Shown in pieces: positions 1 to 8,933 of a stretch of 20,464 bases of DNA. Under the pieces are notes generated by a model, which had not been told where the DNA came from, did not search any database, and saw nothing but the letters and a program-made list of their open reading frames with translations. This DNA comes from a virus, in the UHGV virus genome UHGV-0121713. One strand, given 5' to 3'. The position numbers were made by a program, and so were the translations under genes. The first letter of the stretch is position 1. Every line of letters starts with the position of its first letter.

Positions 1-9
1 TTAGCAAGG

Positions 10-29
10 TTGTGTACATTTGTACACAA
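10..29. promoter_or_regulatory. Perfect palindrome TTGTGTACA-tt-TGTACACAA just upstream of rcdA; candidate TetR-family (auto)operator
   Basis: Seen in sequence: 9-bp arms at 10..18 and 21..29 are exact reverse complements, about 20 bp upstream of the rcdA ATG. Operator role is inference from typical TetR autoregulation. Confidence 0.35.
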
Positions 30-49
30 TTGCAGAGAGAGGAAATGAC

Positions 50-586
50 ATGCGTCGCGCTAACGATCCGCAACGGCGAGAAAAAATTATCCAGGCCACG
101 CTGGAGGCGGTGAAACTTTACGGAATACATGCTGTTACGCACCGCAAAATTGCTACCCTTGCCGGGGTACCGTTGGGATCGATGACCTACTATTTTTCAG
201 GAATTGATGAGTTGTTACTGGAGGCGTTCAGCAGTTTTACTGAGATCATGTCCCGGCAATATCAGGCATTTTTTAGCGATGTTAGTGATGCTCCGGGCGC
301 ATGCCAGGCTATCACCGATATGATCTACAGCTCACAGGTTGCAACGCCGGATAACATGGAGCTGATGTACCAGCTCTACGCGCTGGCTAGCCGAAAACCG
401 CTATTAAAAACGGTAATGCAAAACTGGATGCAGCGCAGTCAGCAAACGCTCGAACAATGGTTTGAACCCGGAACCGCCCGCGCGCTTGATGCGTTTATTG
501 AGGGGATGACGCTGCATTTTGTCACCGACCGTAAGCCGCTATCGCGCGAGGAGATTTTGAGGATGGTTGAGAGGGTTGCAGGGTAG
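50..586 (+). CDS. rcdA: TetR-family transcriptional regulator RcdA (YbjK), 178 aa
   Basis: Translation [35 protein letters not shown]... has an N-terminal TetR-type HTH and matches my recollection of E. coli YbjK/RcdA. ATG at 50 follows an AGGAA Shine-Dalgarno; the ORF-track start at 20 is a TTG upstream extension. Confidence 0.85.
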
Positions 587-602
587 TAGATAAGTTTTAG
601 AT

Positions 603-616
603 AACAAAAAACCCAT
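603..616. repeat. Candidate attL core: 14-bp direct repeat AACAAAAAACCCAT, identical copy at 17637..17650
   Basis: Exact 14-mer found at both prophage boundaries (603..616 and 17637..17650), each forming the A-run plus the 5' arm of a terminator hairpin. Confidence 0.45.
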
Positions 617-631
617 TTATGTAAATGGGTT
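603..631 (-). terminator. Intrinsic terminator downstream of int (minus strand), overlapping the attL core
   Basis: Perfect hairpin aacccattta / taaatgggtt at 610..631, preceded on the + strand by an A-run (605..610), i.e. followed by a U-run on the minus strand. Confidence 0.5.
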
Positions 632-690
632 AGTGAAAACAACGACTTGCAAGATAATCAATAAGTTAGGTTGGTGGTCAGTGGTGGTTA

Positions 691-1743
691 TTACGGGGTA
701 ATGCCAACCGCTGCCGCCACTTTGTCGCCACTTGGCAGCGTTGCCAGAGGATTGAAACGGAGCGCCGTTTCCAGATGATCCGGTGCCAGATGTGCGTAAC
801 GCATAGTCATTTTTATATCGTGGTGTCCGAGAATTTTTTGTAAGGCCAGAATGTTTCCACCCGACATCATGAAGTGCGCCGCAAACGTATGGCGCAGAAC
901 GTGTGTGAGTTGACCGCGAGGGAGCACGATAGACGTTTTTTCCATCACGGATAAAAATTGAAAATAGCAGTCTGTGAAGAAATTGAACCCATCAAGCGCC
1001 ATGATCTCTTCGTAAAGCTCTTTACTGATAGGGATGCTTCTGTTTTTCTTCCCCTTCGTTCTTACAAAGGTAATTCGGTATTTGGTCACCTGTGAACGAG
1101 TAAGATTTACGGCTTCTCGCCAGCGTGCGCCTGTGCTTAAGCATATCTTAACTACCAGTGCCAGAATTGGGTCCTGACGTTTGCAATCAGCCAGTAATTC
1201 AACAATCTGCTCATGGGTAAGCCATGCCATCTCTTTTTCTGCGATGGTGAATTTTCGCATGTTCTCCAGTGGGTTCGGATACGACCATTCGCCCAGGCGG
1301 GATAGTTCGCTAAAAACACTACTTAGATAGCTTTGCTCCAGGTTAATGGTGACCGGGCTTGCTCCTTTCTTCCATTTCTCGCTGAAGTAGATCTCACCTG
1401 TCAGGCGTTTATCTCGATAGTGGGCAAACATTTTAGAGGTTAGATCAGTTGCAAGGGGATTGCCCAGAGCGTCAACCATCAGCAGCAATTTGTCATAGAC
1501 ATGCTGCCCAGCAGTCAGTGATTTACCATGTAGTTTGAACCATAGCTCAACCACGTCTTTCAGTGTTCGACGATCCACTGATTCACCTAGCCAGGGCTTT
1601 GCTTCGGTTTCTTCCATCGTGTGACGCTCAAAAGCCAGTGCTTCGCCTTTGGTGGCGAATTGTTTACGCACACGACGCCCACTACGTCCGGCGGGGTAAC
1701 ATTCGCAAAGCCATTTTCCTGTGGTGAGTTTTCGTACAGCCAT
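691..1743 (-). CDS. int: Tyrosine site-specific integrase, P2/186 family, about 350 aa
   Basis: Translation from MAVRKLTTGKWLCECYPAGRSGRRVRKQFATKGEALAFERHT resembles the P2 Int N-terminus. The C-terminal region carries R...HxxR...Y catalytic-type residues (LRHTFAAHF...MRYAHL). The internal ATG at 1743 is preceded by GGAGGG, so the ORF-track start at 1821 is probably an upstream extension. Confidence 0.9.
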   Translation of the reverse strand: MAVRKLTTGKWLCECYPAGRSGRRVRKQFATKGEALAFERHTMEETEAKPWLGESVDRRTLKDVVELWFKLHGKSLTAGQHVYDKLLLMVDALGNPLATDLTSKMFAHYRDKRLTGEIYFSEKWKKGASPVTINLEQSYLSSVFSELSRLGEWSYPNPLENMRKFTIAEKEMAWLTHEQIVELLADCKRQDPILALVVKICLSTGARWREAVNLTRSQVTKYRITFVRTKGKKNRSIPISKELYEEIMALDGFNFFTDCYFQFLSVMEKTSIVLPRGQLTHVLRHTFAAHFMMSGGNILALQKILGHHDIKMTMRYAHLAPDHLETALRFNPLATLPSGDKVAAAVGITP

Positions 1744-1931
1744 AAAAAATGCCCTCCAATAGAGAGCATTTTTACTGTATGTATAACCAGTGTCAATGTA
1801 TGAAATCCTGCGACCATACATCTCACTGAAGCCATAATGAAGTAGGCTATTCTTTTTGCTATGTGATCATGTAACTTTTGCGGTTAACCTGTGGCTCATT
1901 TTTATTTTAGGCGCAGATATAAAAGCAAAAG

Positions 1932-2123
1932 TTATCGTGAGTTTTTAGTACAGATTTTTTTGGATTTACTAATAGTTCCATCATTGCAAACGAATTTGCC
2001 ATCAGAGGTACAGTGAGAAACACCTCCCTTTTTCCCTGAGCAGGGATAATTTCTAGCATAGGTAGCTAGTGGGTTTAATAACAAAGAACATGACAAAACC
2101 ACAAAAAATACCTTACCAAGCAT
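1932..2123 (-). CDS. Small cysteine-rich protein with a predicted signal peptide (63 aa), immediately downstream of cI; candidate lysogenic-conversion (moron) gene
   Basis: [23 protein letters not shown] then a Cys/Lys/Gly-rich mature part with 4 Cys. GGGAG Shine-Dalgarno about 8 nt upstream of the ATG; the start lies 15 bp after the cI stop on the same strand. Confidence 0.5.
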   Translation of the reverse strand: MLGKVFFVVLSCSLLLNPLATYARNYPCSGKKGGVSHCTSDGKFVCNDGTISKSKKICTKNSR

Positions 2124-2138
2124 AATTTACTCCCGGTA

Positions 2139-2708
2139 CTATTTAACATACTTGACTGTTAAACTTATAATTTTACCAATTATTTCAATGTCTTCTATCT
2201 TACATTCAAAGGCTCTGTTTCCACCCTCGACGAAGATTCTTCCACCGGGTAAACGAGTAATGTCACGGATCGTTATTTCGCCATCAATACTTATTACCCA
2301 TTTACCATCACGTATATCATCAAATTCCTTATCACAAATAAATTCAGAATTATTATCTGTGATTACAAAAAGATTCTTGAATGCCGACGGTAGAAATTCT
2401 CTATCGAAAATATAAAAACCGTCTTCACACAAGGCCCCATCAGATAATACATATTTAGCAACTTCCATAGTATTTGTATTACCTGAAGTTTGCTTTGAAC
2501 CATGCCCGGTTGTGAGCCAATTAAGCGAGGTGCCTGTTTCAAGGGCGCACTGGATTACCCATTCTGCTGGGAATGAGTCACGCATGTAGCGTGTGGCGAG
2601 TGTACTTTTAGAGATTCCTAAATGATCGCACAACGCCTGTCGAGTCTTGAATCCATAAGCTTCTACCATGCGCTCTATGGCGCCTCGTCCGCCTTTCTCC
2701 AAATTCAT
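2139..2708 (-). CDS. cI: Phage 186 CI-like immunity repressor (about 189 aa)
   Basis: N-terminal HTH-like segment (GFKTRQALCDHLGISKSTLATRYMRD), size and position between int and a divergent apl/cII operon as in coliphage 186. ATG at 2708 has a GGAG Shine-Dalgarno; the ORF-track start at 2714 is GTG. Confidence 0.75.
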   Translation of the reverse strand: MNLEKGGRGAIERMVEAYGFKTRQALCDHLGISKSTLATRYMRDSFPAEWVIQCALETGTSLNWLTTGHGSKQTSGNTNTMEVAKYVLSDGALCEDGFYIFDREFLPSAFKNLFVITDNNSEFICDKEFDDIRDGKWVISIDGEITIRDITRLPGGRIFVEGGNRAFECKIEDIEIIGKIISLTVKYVK

Positions 2709-2732
2709 GGTCACTCCAAGTGAACTTTTATC

Positions 2733-2761
2733 TTGACGATTTCACCGTGCGATCGTATGTT
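2733..2761 (+). promoter_or_regulatory. Candidate early lytic promoter (pR-like) in the cI/apl switch region
   Basis: TTGACG (2733..2738), 17-bp spacer, TATGTT (2756..2761), directed toward apl/cII. Flanked by CGATCGTAT (2750..2758) and CGATCCGTAT (2784..2793) direct repeats that could be operator elements. Confidence 0.4.
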
Positions 2762-2833
2762 TATGGTGTTCACAAAATACAAACGATCCGTATTCGTCCT
2801 GATTAATCATCATTAAACGAGGAATGTTGCATC

Positions 2834-3055
2834 ATGAGACCTAACATTTCAATCACTCTTACCACGCCTCATGTGACTATTGAACGCTATAGCGAGCTGA
2901 CAGGGCTATCCATCGATACCATCAATGACATGTTGGCTGATGGACGCCTTATCCGTCACCGTCTGCGCAAAGATAAAAAACGCGAAAAAGTGATGATCAA
3001 CATAGCAGCAATGACCGTTGATGCGCTTTCAGAATGCAATCTAAACCTTAATTAG
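2834..3055 (+). CDS. apl: Apl/Cox-like excisionase and transcriptional regulator (73 aa)
   Basis: Small basic protein, first gene of the rightward operon divergent from cI, GAGG Shine-Dalgarno 9 nt upstream. Assignment is mainly positional, by analogy to 186 apl. Confidence 0.55.
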   Translation: MRPNISITLTTPHVTIERYSELTGLSIDTINDMLADGRLIRHRLRKDKKREKVMINIAAMTVDALSECNLNLN

Positions 3056-3087
3056 TTCGATTCTGAAATACATCAGAGGCATTGACC

Positions 3088-3597
3088 ATGTTTGATTACC
3101 AAGTTTCCAAACATCCACATTTTGATGAAGCCTGTCGTGCATTTGCACTGCGCCACAATCTGGTGCAACTGGCAGAACGTGCAGGCATGAATGTGCAGAT
3201 TCTGCGGAACAAGCTGAACCCAGCTCAGCCTCATTTATTAACCGCACCAGAAATCTGGCTGCTTACCGATCTGACTGAAGATTCAACGCTGGTAGATGGT
3301 TTTCTGGCACAGATTCATTGTCTGCCATGTGTACCGATTAATGAGGTGGCAAAAGAGAAACTGCCACATTACGTCATGAGTGCAACCGCAGAGATCGGGC
3401 GTGTTGCTGCAGGTGCGGTGTCTGGCGATGTAAAAACCTGTGCCGGTCGTCGTGATGCTATCAGCAGCATTAACTCTGTAACACGACTGATGGCGCTGGC
3501 GGCTGTTTCATTGCAGGCCCGTTTACAGGCTAATCCTGCGATGGCGAGTGCAGTTGATACCGTGACTGGCCTCGGTGCTTCATTTGGTTTGCTGTGA
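3088..3597 (+). CDS. cII: Phage CII-like transcriptional activator (186 CII family), about 169 aa
   Basis: Translation [45 protein letters not shown]... matches my recollection of 186 CII in sequence and size. ATG 3088 has an AGAGG Shine-Dalgarno at 8-nt spacing; the ORF-track start at 3082 is TTG. Confidence 0.75.
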   Translation: MFDYQVSKHPHFDEACRAFALRHNLVQLAERAGMNVQILRNKLNPAQPHLLTAPEIWLLTDLTEDSTLVDGFLAQIHCLPCVPINEVAKEKLPHYVMSATAEIGRVAAGAVSGDVKTCAGRRDAISSINSVTRLMALAAVSLQARLQANPAMASAVDTVTGLGASFGLL

Positions 3598-3604
3598 GGT
3601 GCTT

Positions 3605-3805
3605 ATGCTGACGAAAGAACCATCATTTGCATCGCTGCTGGTTAAACAAAGCCCGGCAATGCATTACGGTCACGGCTGGATCATGGGGGAGGATGGTAAA
3701 CGCTGGCATCCGTGCCGTTCACAAGATGAATTGCTGGCAGAACTATCTACGAAAAAACGGGGGAACAAATGGCTATTGAAGGCACTGCGGCGACTGTTCC
3801 ATTAA
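3605..3805 (+). CDS. Small early-operon phage protein (66 aa), occupying the position of fil in 186
   Basis: ORF in the early operon directly after cII; start ambiguous (GTG 3575 or ATG 3605). Function not recognisable from sequence. Confidence 0.4.
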   Translation: MLTKEPSFASLLVKQSPAMHYGHGWIMGEDGKRWHPCRSQDELLAELSTKKRGNKWLLKALRRLFH

Positions 3806-4110
3806 GCCCCGGTGAACGCCTGAATGGACTTAATCACATTGCGGAGTTAAGGGCGAAAGTTTTTGGCCTGAATATTGAGTCAGAGCTTGAGCGGTTTATT
3901 AAAGATATGCGTGATTCACGGGATATTAATAGCGAACAAAATAAACGGGCACTGGCTGCCATATTCTTTATGGCAAAAATTCCAGCTGAACGTCATAGCA
4001 TCAGCATTAATGAGCTGACCACTGACGAAAAGCGGGAGTTGATTAAAGCAATGAATCATTTTCGTGCAGTGGTGAGCTTATTTCCCAGACGGCTAACCAT
4101 GCCGAATTAA
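3769..4110 (+). CDS. Hypothetical early-operon phage protein (113 aa)
   Basis: ATG with GGGGGA Shine-Dalgarno 5 nt upstream; overlaps the previous ORF end, suggesting translational coupling. Confidence 0.5.
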   Translation: MAIEGTAATVPLSPGERLNGLNHIAELRAKVFGLNIESELERFIKDMRDSRDINSEQNKRALAAIFFMAKIPAERHSISINELTTDEKRELIKAMNHFRAVVSLFPRRLTMPN

Positions 4111-4177
4111 CCAACTAATGAAATTAATGGCGTAAACCCGCCGGGCATCCCTTTATCTAAATTCAGGAGAATTGATT

Positions 4178-4411
4178 ATGCGTAATATTGAAACCCTCTC
4201 GACCAAAACCGGACCGGATGACGCAGGGCTTAATATTTTACTGACAGAGGCTCGTCTGGAAGAACGCCGGGCAAGGGCTGAAGCAATGGCAGCTCGCCTT
4301 GATAGCTTGGCGTGTCATATCACATCCCGCCAGCTAACCCACGTCGAAGCGGCAGAACTGCTTCGTGTGACTGCTGAAGCAATCCAGAACGAAGCGCAGG
4401 AGATCCACTAA
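4178..4411 (+). CDS. Hypothetical early-operon phage protein (77 aa)
   Basis: ATG 4178 preceded by AGGAGA at 7-nt spacing (ORF-track start 4172 is TTG). Stop overlaps the next start (TAATG). Confidence 0.5.
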   Translation: MRNIETLSTKTGPDDAGLNILLTEARLEERRARAEAMAARLDSLACHITSRQLTHVEAAELLRVTAEAIQNEAQEIH

Positions 4412-4638
4412 TGGCTGATGCAATGGATCTCGTACAGCAGCGCGTTGAAGAAGAACGCCAACGCCATATCCGTGCTGCCCGTGCCAAAACGCCGGGCGTG
4501 TCCCGCGTGCTTTGCATTGAGTGTGAAGCGCCAATTCCGCCAGCACGCCGCCGTGCCATTCCGGGTGTGCAGCTTTGCATTACCTGTCAGGAAATCGCAG
4601 AGCTGAAAGGCAAACATTACAACGGAGGTGCTGTATGA
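4411..4638 (+). CDS. TraR/DksA-family C4 zinc-finger protein (75 aa)
   Basis: CIEC...(17 aa)...CITC four-cysteine motif in a small basic protein; typical phage/conjugative TraR-like protein found before gene A in P2-like phages. Confidence 0.7.
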   Translation: MADAMDLVQQRVEEERQRHIRAARAKTPGVSRVLCIECEAPIPPARRRAIPGVQLCITCQEIAELKGKHYNGGAV

Positions 4639-5492
4639 GCACCATCCTGAAATGGGCGGGAAATAAAACTGCCATAATGTCCGAACTGAAAAAACATCTT
4701 CCTGCTGGCCCGCGACTGGTTGAACCTTTCGCGGGTTCCTGTGCTGTGATGATGGAGACGGATTATCCCAGCTATCTGGTTGCGGATATTAATCCTGATT
4801 TAATCAACCTCTATAAAAAGGTTGCCGCTGATTGTGAATCGTTTATATCTCGCGCCAGAGTTTTATTTGAGATCGCAAACAGGGAGGTGGCTTATTACAA
4901 CATAAGGCAGGAGTTTAATTACTCAACTGAAATTACTGATTTCATGAAAGCGGTATATTTCCTGTATCTCAATCGTCACGGTTACCGTGGTTTATGTCGC
5001 TATAACAAGAGCGGGCATTTCAACATTCCCTACGGTAATTATAAAAATCCGTATTTCCCTGAAAAAGAAATTCGCGCATTTGCAGAAAAGGCCCAGCGAG
5101 CAACGTTTATCTGCGCCAGCTTTGATGAAACGCTGGCGATGTTGAAGGCGGGGGATGTGGTGTATTGCGATCCGCCGTATGACGGTACGTTTTCCGGCTA
5201 TCACACTGACGGCTTCACTGAAGATGACCAGTATCACCTGGCATCTGTTCTTGAACATCGGTCATCAGAAGGACATCCGGTCATTGTTTCTAACAGTGAC
5301 ACATCCCTGATCCGTTCGCTGTATCGCAATTTTACTCACCACTACATCAAGGCAAAACGCAGCATCGGTGTGGCAGCTGGCGAGGGTAAATCAGCAACAG
5401 AAATCATTGCTGTTTCCGGGCCGCGCTGCTGGGTGGGATTTGATTATTCGCGTGGCGTGGATAGTTCTGCCGTGTACGGAGTACGTGCATGA
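4635..5492 (+). CDS. dam: DNA N6-adenine methyltransferase, Dam (D12 class) family, about 285 aa
   Basis: N-terminal LKWAGNK...EPFAGSCAV (SAM-binding motif) and the catalytic DPPY tetrapeptide (CDPPYDGTF). ATG 4635 overlaps the previous stop (ATGA) and its stop overlaps the gene A start. Confidence 0.85.
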   Translation: MSTILKWAGNKTAIMSELKKHLPAGPRLVEPFAGSCAVMMETDYPSYLVADINPDLINLYKKVAADCESFISRARVLFEIANREVAYYNIRQEFNYSTEITDFMKAVYFLYLNRHGYRGLCRYNKSGHFNIPYGNYKNPYFPEKEIRAFAEKAQRATFICASFDETLAMLKAGDVVYCDPPYDGTFSGYHTDGFTEDDQYHLASVLEHRSSEGHPVIVSNSDTSLIRSLYRNFTHHYIKAKRSIGVAAGEGKSATEIIAVSGPRCWVGFDYSRGVDSSAVYGVRA

Positions 5493-7903
5493 GTCATGCC
5501 GATATGAACAACTGCTGCGGCTTTAACGAAGCTGCCGCATCGTTCTCATGGAACAGCTCGAAAAAGGCCATTAACCCTTATCTGGACCCGGTGGAAGTTG
5601 CGCCGGTTTCTACGCTTTCAAACCTGATCACTCTGTACGCTGCCGATAACGAGCAGGAACAGCTGCGCCGTGAGGCGCTGAGTGATCAGGTCTGGGAGCG
5701 TTATTTCTTTAATGAATCCCGTGATCCTGTCCAGCGCGAAATGGAACAGGATAAGCTCATTAGTCGGGCAAAGCTGGCGCATGAGCAGCAGCGTTTTAAT
5801 CCGGATATGGTCATTCTGGCGGACGTCAACGCCCAGCCTTCCCATATCAGCAAGCCGCTGATGCAACGTATTGAATACTTCAGCAGCCTGGGCAGGCCAA
5901 AGGCTTATTCCCGCTATTTACGTGAGACGATTAAGCCATGTCTGGAACGACTGGAGCATGTACGCGACAGTCAGCTATCTGCATCTTTTCGCTTTATGGC
6001 AAGCCATGAAGGGCTGGACGGCCTGCTGATCCTGCCTGAAATGAGTCAGGATCAGGTGAAACGCCTGTCCACCCTGGTAGCTGCGCATATGAGTATGTGC
6101 CTTGATGCCGCTTGTGGCGATTTGTATGCCACCGATGACGTTAAGCCAGAAGAAATCCGCAATACATGGGAAAGGGTGGCAGCGGAAACCCTGCGTCTGG
6201 ATGTCATCCCGCCTGCGTTTGAGCAACTCCGTCGGAAAAGAAACCGCCGTAAACCCGTGCCCTATGAACTCATTCCGGGTTCGCTGGCGCGTATGTTGTG
6301 CGCCGACTGGTGGTATCGGAAATTATGGAAGATGCGTTGCGAATGGCGGGAAGAGCAGTTGCGTGCTGTCTGCCTTGTCAGCAAAAAAGCATCTCCCTAT
6401 GTCAGCTATGAAGCCGTGTTGCATAAACGTGAGCAGCGCCGTAAGTCGCTGGAGTTTTTCCGTTCTCATGAACTGGTGAACGAAGACGGCGACACGCTAG
6501 ACATGGAGGATGTGGTAAACGCCAGCAGCAGCAACCCTGCGCATCGCCGCAATGAGATGATGGCCTGTGTTAAAGGTCTGGAGCTTATCGCGGAAATGCG
6601 CGGTGACTGCGCCGTTTTCTACACCATCACCTGTCCGTCACGTTTCCATTCCACGCTAAATAACGGCAGGCCCAACCCGACCTGGACAAATGCGACGGTA
6701 AGACAAAGCAGCGATTATCTGGTCGGTATGTTTGCTGCATTTCGTAAGGCGATGCACAAAGCCGGGTTGCGCTGGTATGGCGTGCGGGTGGCTGAGCCGC
6801 ATCACGACGGCACAGTTCACTGGCACCTGTTGTGTTTCATGCGCAAAAAAGACCGCCGCGCCATTACAGCATTGTTGCGTAAGTTTGCTATCCGTGAAGA
6901 CCGCGAGGAGCTGGGCAATAACACGGGGCCGCGCTTTAAGTCTGAGCTGATTAACCCGCGCAAAGGAACGCCGACAAGCTACATAGCGAAATACATCAGT
7001 AAGAACATTGACGGGCGTGGTCTGACTGGCGAGATCAGCAAGGAAACGGGTAAATCTCTGCGTGATAACGCTGAATACGTGAATGCCTGGGCGTCTTTGC
7101 ATCGTGTTCAGCAATTCCGCTTCTTTGGCATTCCGGGGCGTCAGGCTTACCGTGAACTGCGATTGCTGGCTGGTCAGGCGGCAAGGCAAAAGGGGGACAA
7201 AAAAGCAGGTGCGCCGGTACTGGATAACCCGCGCCTTGATGCCATCCTGGCTGCTGCTGATGCTGGTTGTTTTGCCACCTACATCATGAAGCAGGGCGGC
7301 GTACTGGTTCCCCGTAAATATCACCTCATCAGAACCGCTTATGAAATCAACGAAGAGCCGACCGCCTATGGCGATCACGGCATTCGTATTTATGGCATCT
7401 GGTCACCCATTGCAGAGGGCAAGATCTGCACTCATGCAGTGAAGTGGAAAATGGTTCGTAAAGCCGTTGACGTTCAGGAGGCGGCAGCCGACCAGGGCGC
7501 TTGCGCCCCTTGGACTCGTGGCAATAACTGTCCCCTTGCTGAAAATTTGAACCAACAGGAGAAAGATAAATCAGCTGATGGGGACACCAGAACGGACATT
7601 ACCCGCATGGATGACAAGGAGTTGCACGATTACCTGCACAGTATGAGCAAAAAAGAGCGCCGGGAACTGGCTGCAAGGTTACGCCTGGTGAAACCGAAAC
7701 GGCGTAAAGACTACAAACAGCGAATTACAGACCATCAGCGACTGCAGCTCGTCTATGAGCTGAAGTCCAGAGGATTTGATGGTAGCGAGAAAGAGGTCGA
7801 TTTACTCCTTCGCGGCGGCAGTATTCCGTCAGGAGCAGGCCTGCGTATCTTCTATCGGAACCAGCGTTTGCAGGAAGATGATAAGTGGCGGAACCTGTAT
7901 TAA
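5489..7903 (+). CDS. A: P2 gpA-family replication initiation (rolling-circle nicking) protein, 804 aa
   Basis: Large protein at the end of the early operon with the size and position of P2/186 gene A. Contains a HWHLLCF-type histidine-hydrophobic motif and tyrosine-rich motifs ([10 protein letters not shown]) typical of rolling-circle initiators. Confidence 0.85.
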   Translation: MSHADMNNCCGFNEAAASFSWNSSKKAINPYLDPVEVAPVSTLSNLITLYAADNEQEQLRREALSDQVWERYFFNESRDPVQREMEQDKLISRAKLAHEQQRFNPDMVILADVNAQPSHISKPLMQRIEYFSSLGRPKAYSRYLRETIKPCLERLEHVRDSQLSASFRFMASHEGLDGLLILPEMSQDQVKRLSTLVAAHMSMCLDAACGDLYATDDVKPEEIRNTWERVAAETLRLDVIPPAFEQLRRKRNRRKPVPYELIPGSLARMLCADWWYRKLWKMRCEWREEQLRAVCLVSKKASPYVSYEAVLHKREQRRKSLEFFRSHELVNEDGDTLDMEDVVNASSSNPAHRRNEMMACVKGLELIAEMRGDCAVFYTITCPSRFHSTLNNGRPNPTWTNATVRQSSDYLVGMFAAFRKAMHKAGLRWYGVRVAEPHHDGTVHWHLLCFMRKKDRRAITALLRKFAIREDREELGNNTGPRFKSELINPRKGTPTSYIAKYISKNIDGRGLTGEISKETGKSLRDNAEYVNAWASLHRVQQFRFFGIPGRQAYRELRLLAGQAARQKGDKKAGAPVLDNPRLDAILAAADAGCFATYIMKQGGVLVPRKYHLIRTAYEINEEPTAYGDHGIRIYGIWSPIAEGKICTHAVKWKMVRKAVDVQEAAADQGACAPWTRGNNCPLAENLNQQEKDKSADGDTRTDITRMDDKELHDYLHSMSKKERRELAARLRLVKPKRRKDYKQRITDHQRLQLVYELKSRGFDGSEKEVDLLLRGGSIPSGAGLRIFYRNQRLQEDDKWRNLY

Positions 7904-7972
7904 TTACGCGGGTTAACAATTCGTGCTCTTAATAATACCAGGCATATCAGGCTGATGAACGTAAAAAAACGT

Positions 7973-8015
7973 TTTACATCAGTAATATTATTATATACTG
8001 TAAATATAAACAGTA
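7973..8015 (+). promoter_or_regulatory. SOS-regulated promoter: -35 TTTACA (7973..7978), -10 TATACT (7994..7999), overlapping LexA box TACTGTAAATATAAACAGTA (7996..8015)
   Basis: 20-bp site matches the LexA consensus CTGT-N8-ACAG with an AT-rich centre and overlaps the -10, the classic SOS operator arrangement. It lies inside the ORF-track ORF beginning at 7955, which argues against that start. Confidence 0.7.
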
Positions 8016-8056
8016 GTTATCTATACAGTATTGTTTGCGGTGTCATAGGAGGAAAG

Positions 8057-8245
8057 ATGCAGGACTATTTTTTGGAGTCTTTGAAGCTCCAGCGCATTGA
8101 TTTTTTTCTTAAGCTTGTAGCGGCTAGTGAGTGTAGTGATGAAGAGAAGGGGCTGGCTCTGCAGTGGGTTTCTGAACTGACAGATGAACTCATGGCAAAA
8201 ATCAGAACCCACGAATACAACCGCTCAATGGATGTCATCAGCTGA
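8057..8245 (+). CDS. Small protein (62 aa), first gene of the LexA-controlled operon; possibly part of a Tum-like antirepressor module
   Basis: ATG 8057 preceded by AGGAGG; downstream of the LexA box; followed 10 bp later by the DinI-like gene. Confidence 0.45.
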   Translation: MQDYFLESLKLQRIDFFLKLVAASECSDEEKGLALQWVSELTDELMAKIRTHEYNRSMDVIS

Positions 8246-8255
8246 GGTGACTTTT

Positions 8256-8489
8256 ATGCGCATTGAAATAATGATCGATAAAGAGCAGAAGATTAGCCAG
8301 TCTACACTGGACGCCCTTGAATCCGAGCTTTACCGCAATCTGCGCCCTCTGTATCCCAAAACGGTAATCCGTATCCGTAAAGGTAGCTCTAACGGTGTGG
8401 AACTGACCGGACTGCAACCGGACGAAGAAAGAAAACAAGTGATGAAAATTATGCAGAAGGTGTGGGAAGACGACAGCTGGCTGCATTAA
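8256..8489 (+). CDS. DinI-family protein (77 aa), probably SOS-inducible; comparable to the DinI-like part of 186 Tum
   Basis: MRIEIMIDK...LDALESELYRNLRPLYP...VWEDDSWLH resembles E. coli DinI (MRIEVTIAK...) in length and in the acidic tryptophan-containing C-terminus. GAGGTGA Shine-Dalgarno upstream. Confidence 0.7.
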   Translation: MRIEIMIDKEQKISQSTLDALESELYRNLRPLYPKTVIRIRKGSSNGVELTGLQPDEERKQVMKIMQKVWEDDSWLH

Positions 8490-8933
8490 GAAATGTTGCC
8501 CCCAGGAGGATTCATTCTAATGGGGGCTAGTTTGGGCAACGAGTGAAACGAGGCGTAAGGTGGGTAATCATTTTGATAAGTGATCGCCCACTTTGTGCCA
8601 AAAGCGGACATCGCAGATATGACAATATGTTAGTCAACCGCGATTAGATCAGTCAGTTGGAGATGGGGGGAAGTTACAAAAACTTGTCGTCCGCCATCTC
8701 CGACTACGGGTATTCTTAACTGTACATGCTCTTTCAATCGATGATTTTTGAGTAAGTGACTAACCTATTGTTTTGATAGTAATTAAACGTATAAACGTGC
8801 GGAGTTAATTTGAAAGTTATGTGTCTATGTTTGACAAGCAAAATTTTAAAGATTGGTTTTATCCACAGGTAATTTATGCTATTAATAGCCTCAAGCCCTG
8901 TAATTATTTTTATTTAAATGGATAAATTTGAAA

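Noticed and set aside
1587-1835. Small ORFs on both strands overlapping the integrase gene (1587..1835 minus, 1621..1803 plus)
   Set aside because: Embedded within or antisense to a well-supported integrase CDS; no independent signals.
2152-2415. 87-aa ORF antisense to cI
   Set aside because: Antisense frame inside a well-supported repressor gene; low-complexity translation.
4320-4617. Cluster of overlapping minus- and plus-strand ORFs around the zinc-finger gene
   Set aside because: Alternative frames of a GC-rich segment; the zinc-finger frame has the Cys4 motif and translational coupling, the others have no support.
5618-7378. Several 70-240-aa ORFs on both strands inside gene A
   Set aside because: All lie within the 804-aa replication-protein frame, which is continuous and gene-A-like; typical spurious ORFs of a GC-rich gene.
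7955-8056. Upstream extension of the 8057 ORF (ORF-track start at 7955)
   Set aside because: The LexA box and the -10 element lie inside this extension, so the promoter would be within the coding sequence; the ATG at 8057 with an AGGAGG Shine-Dalgarno is the more plausible start.
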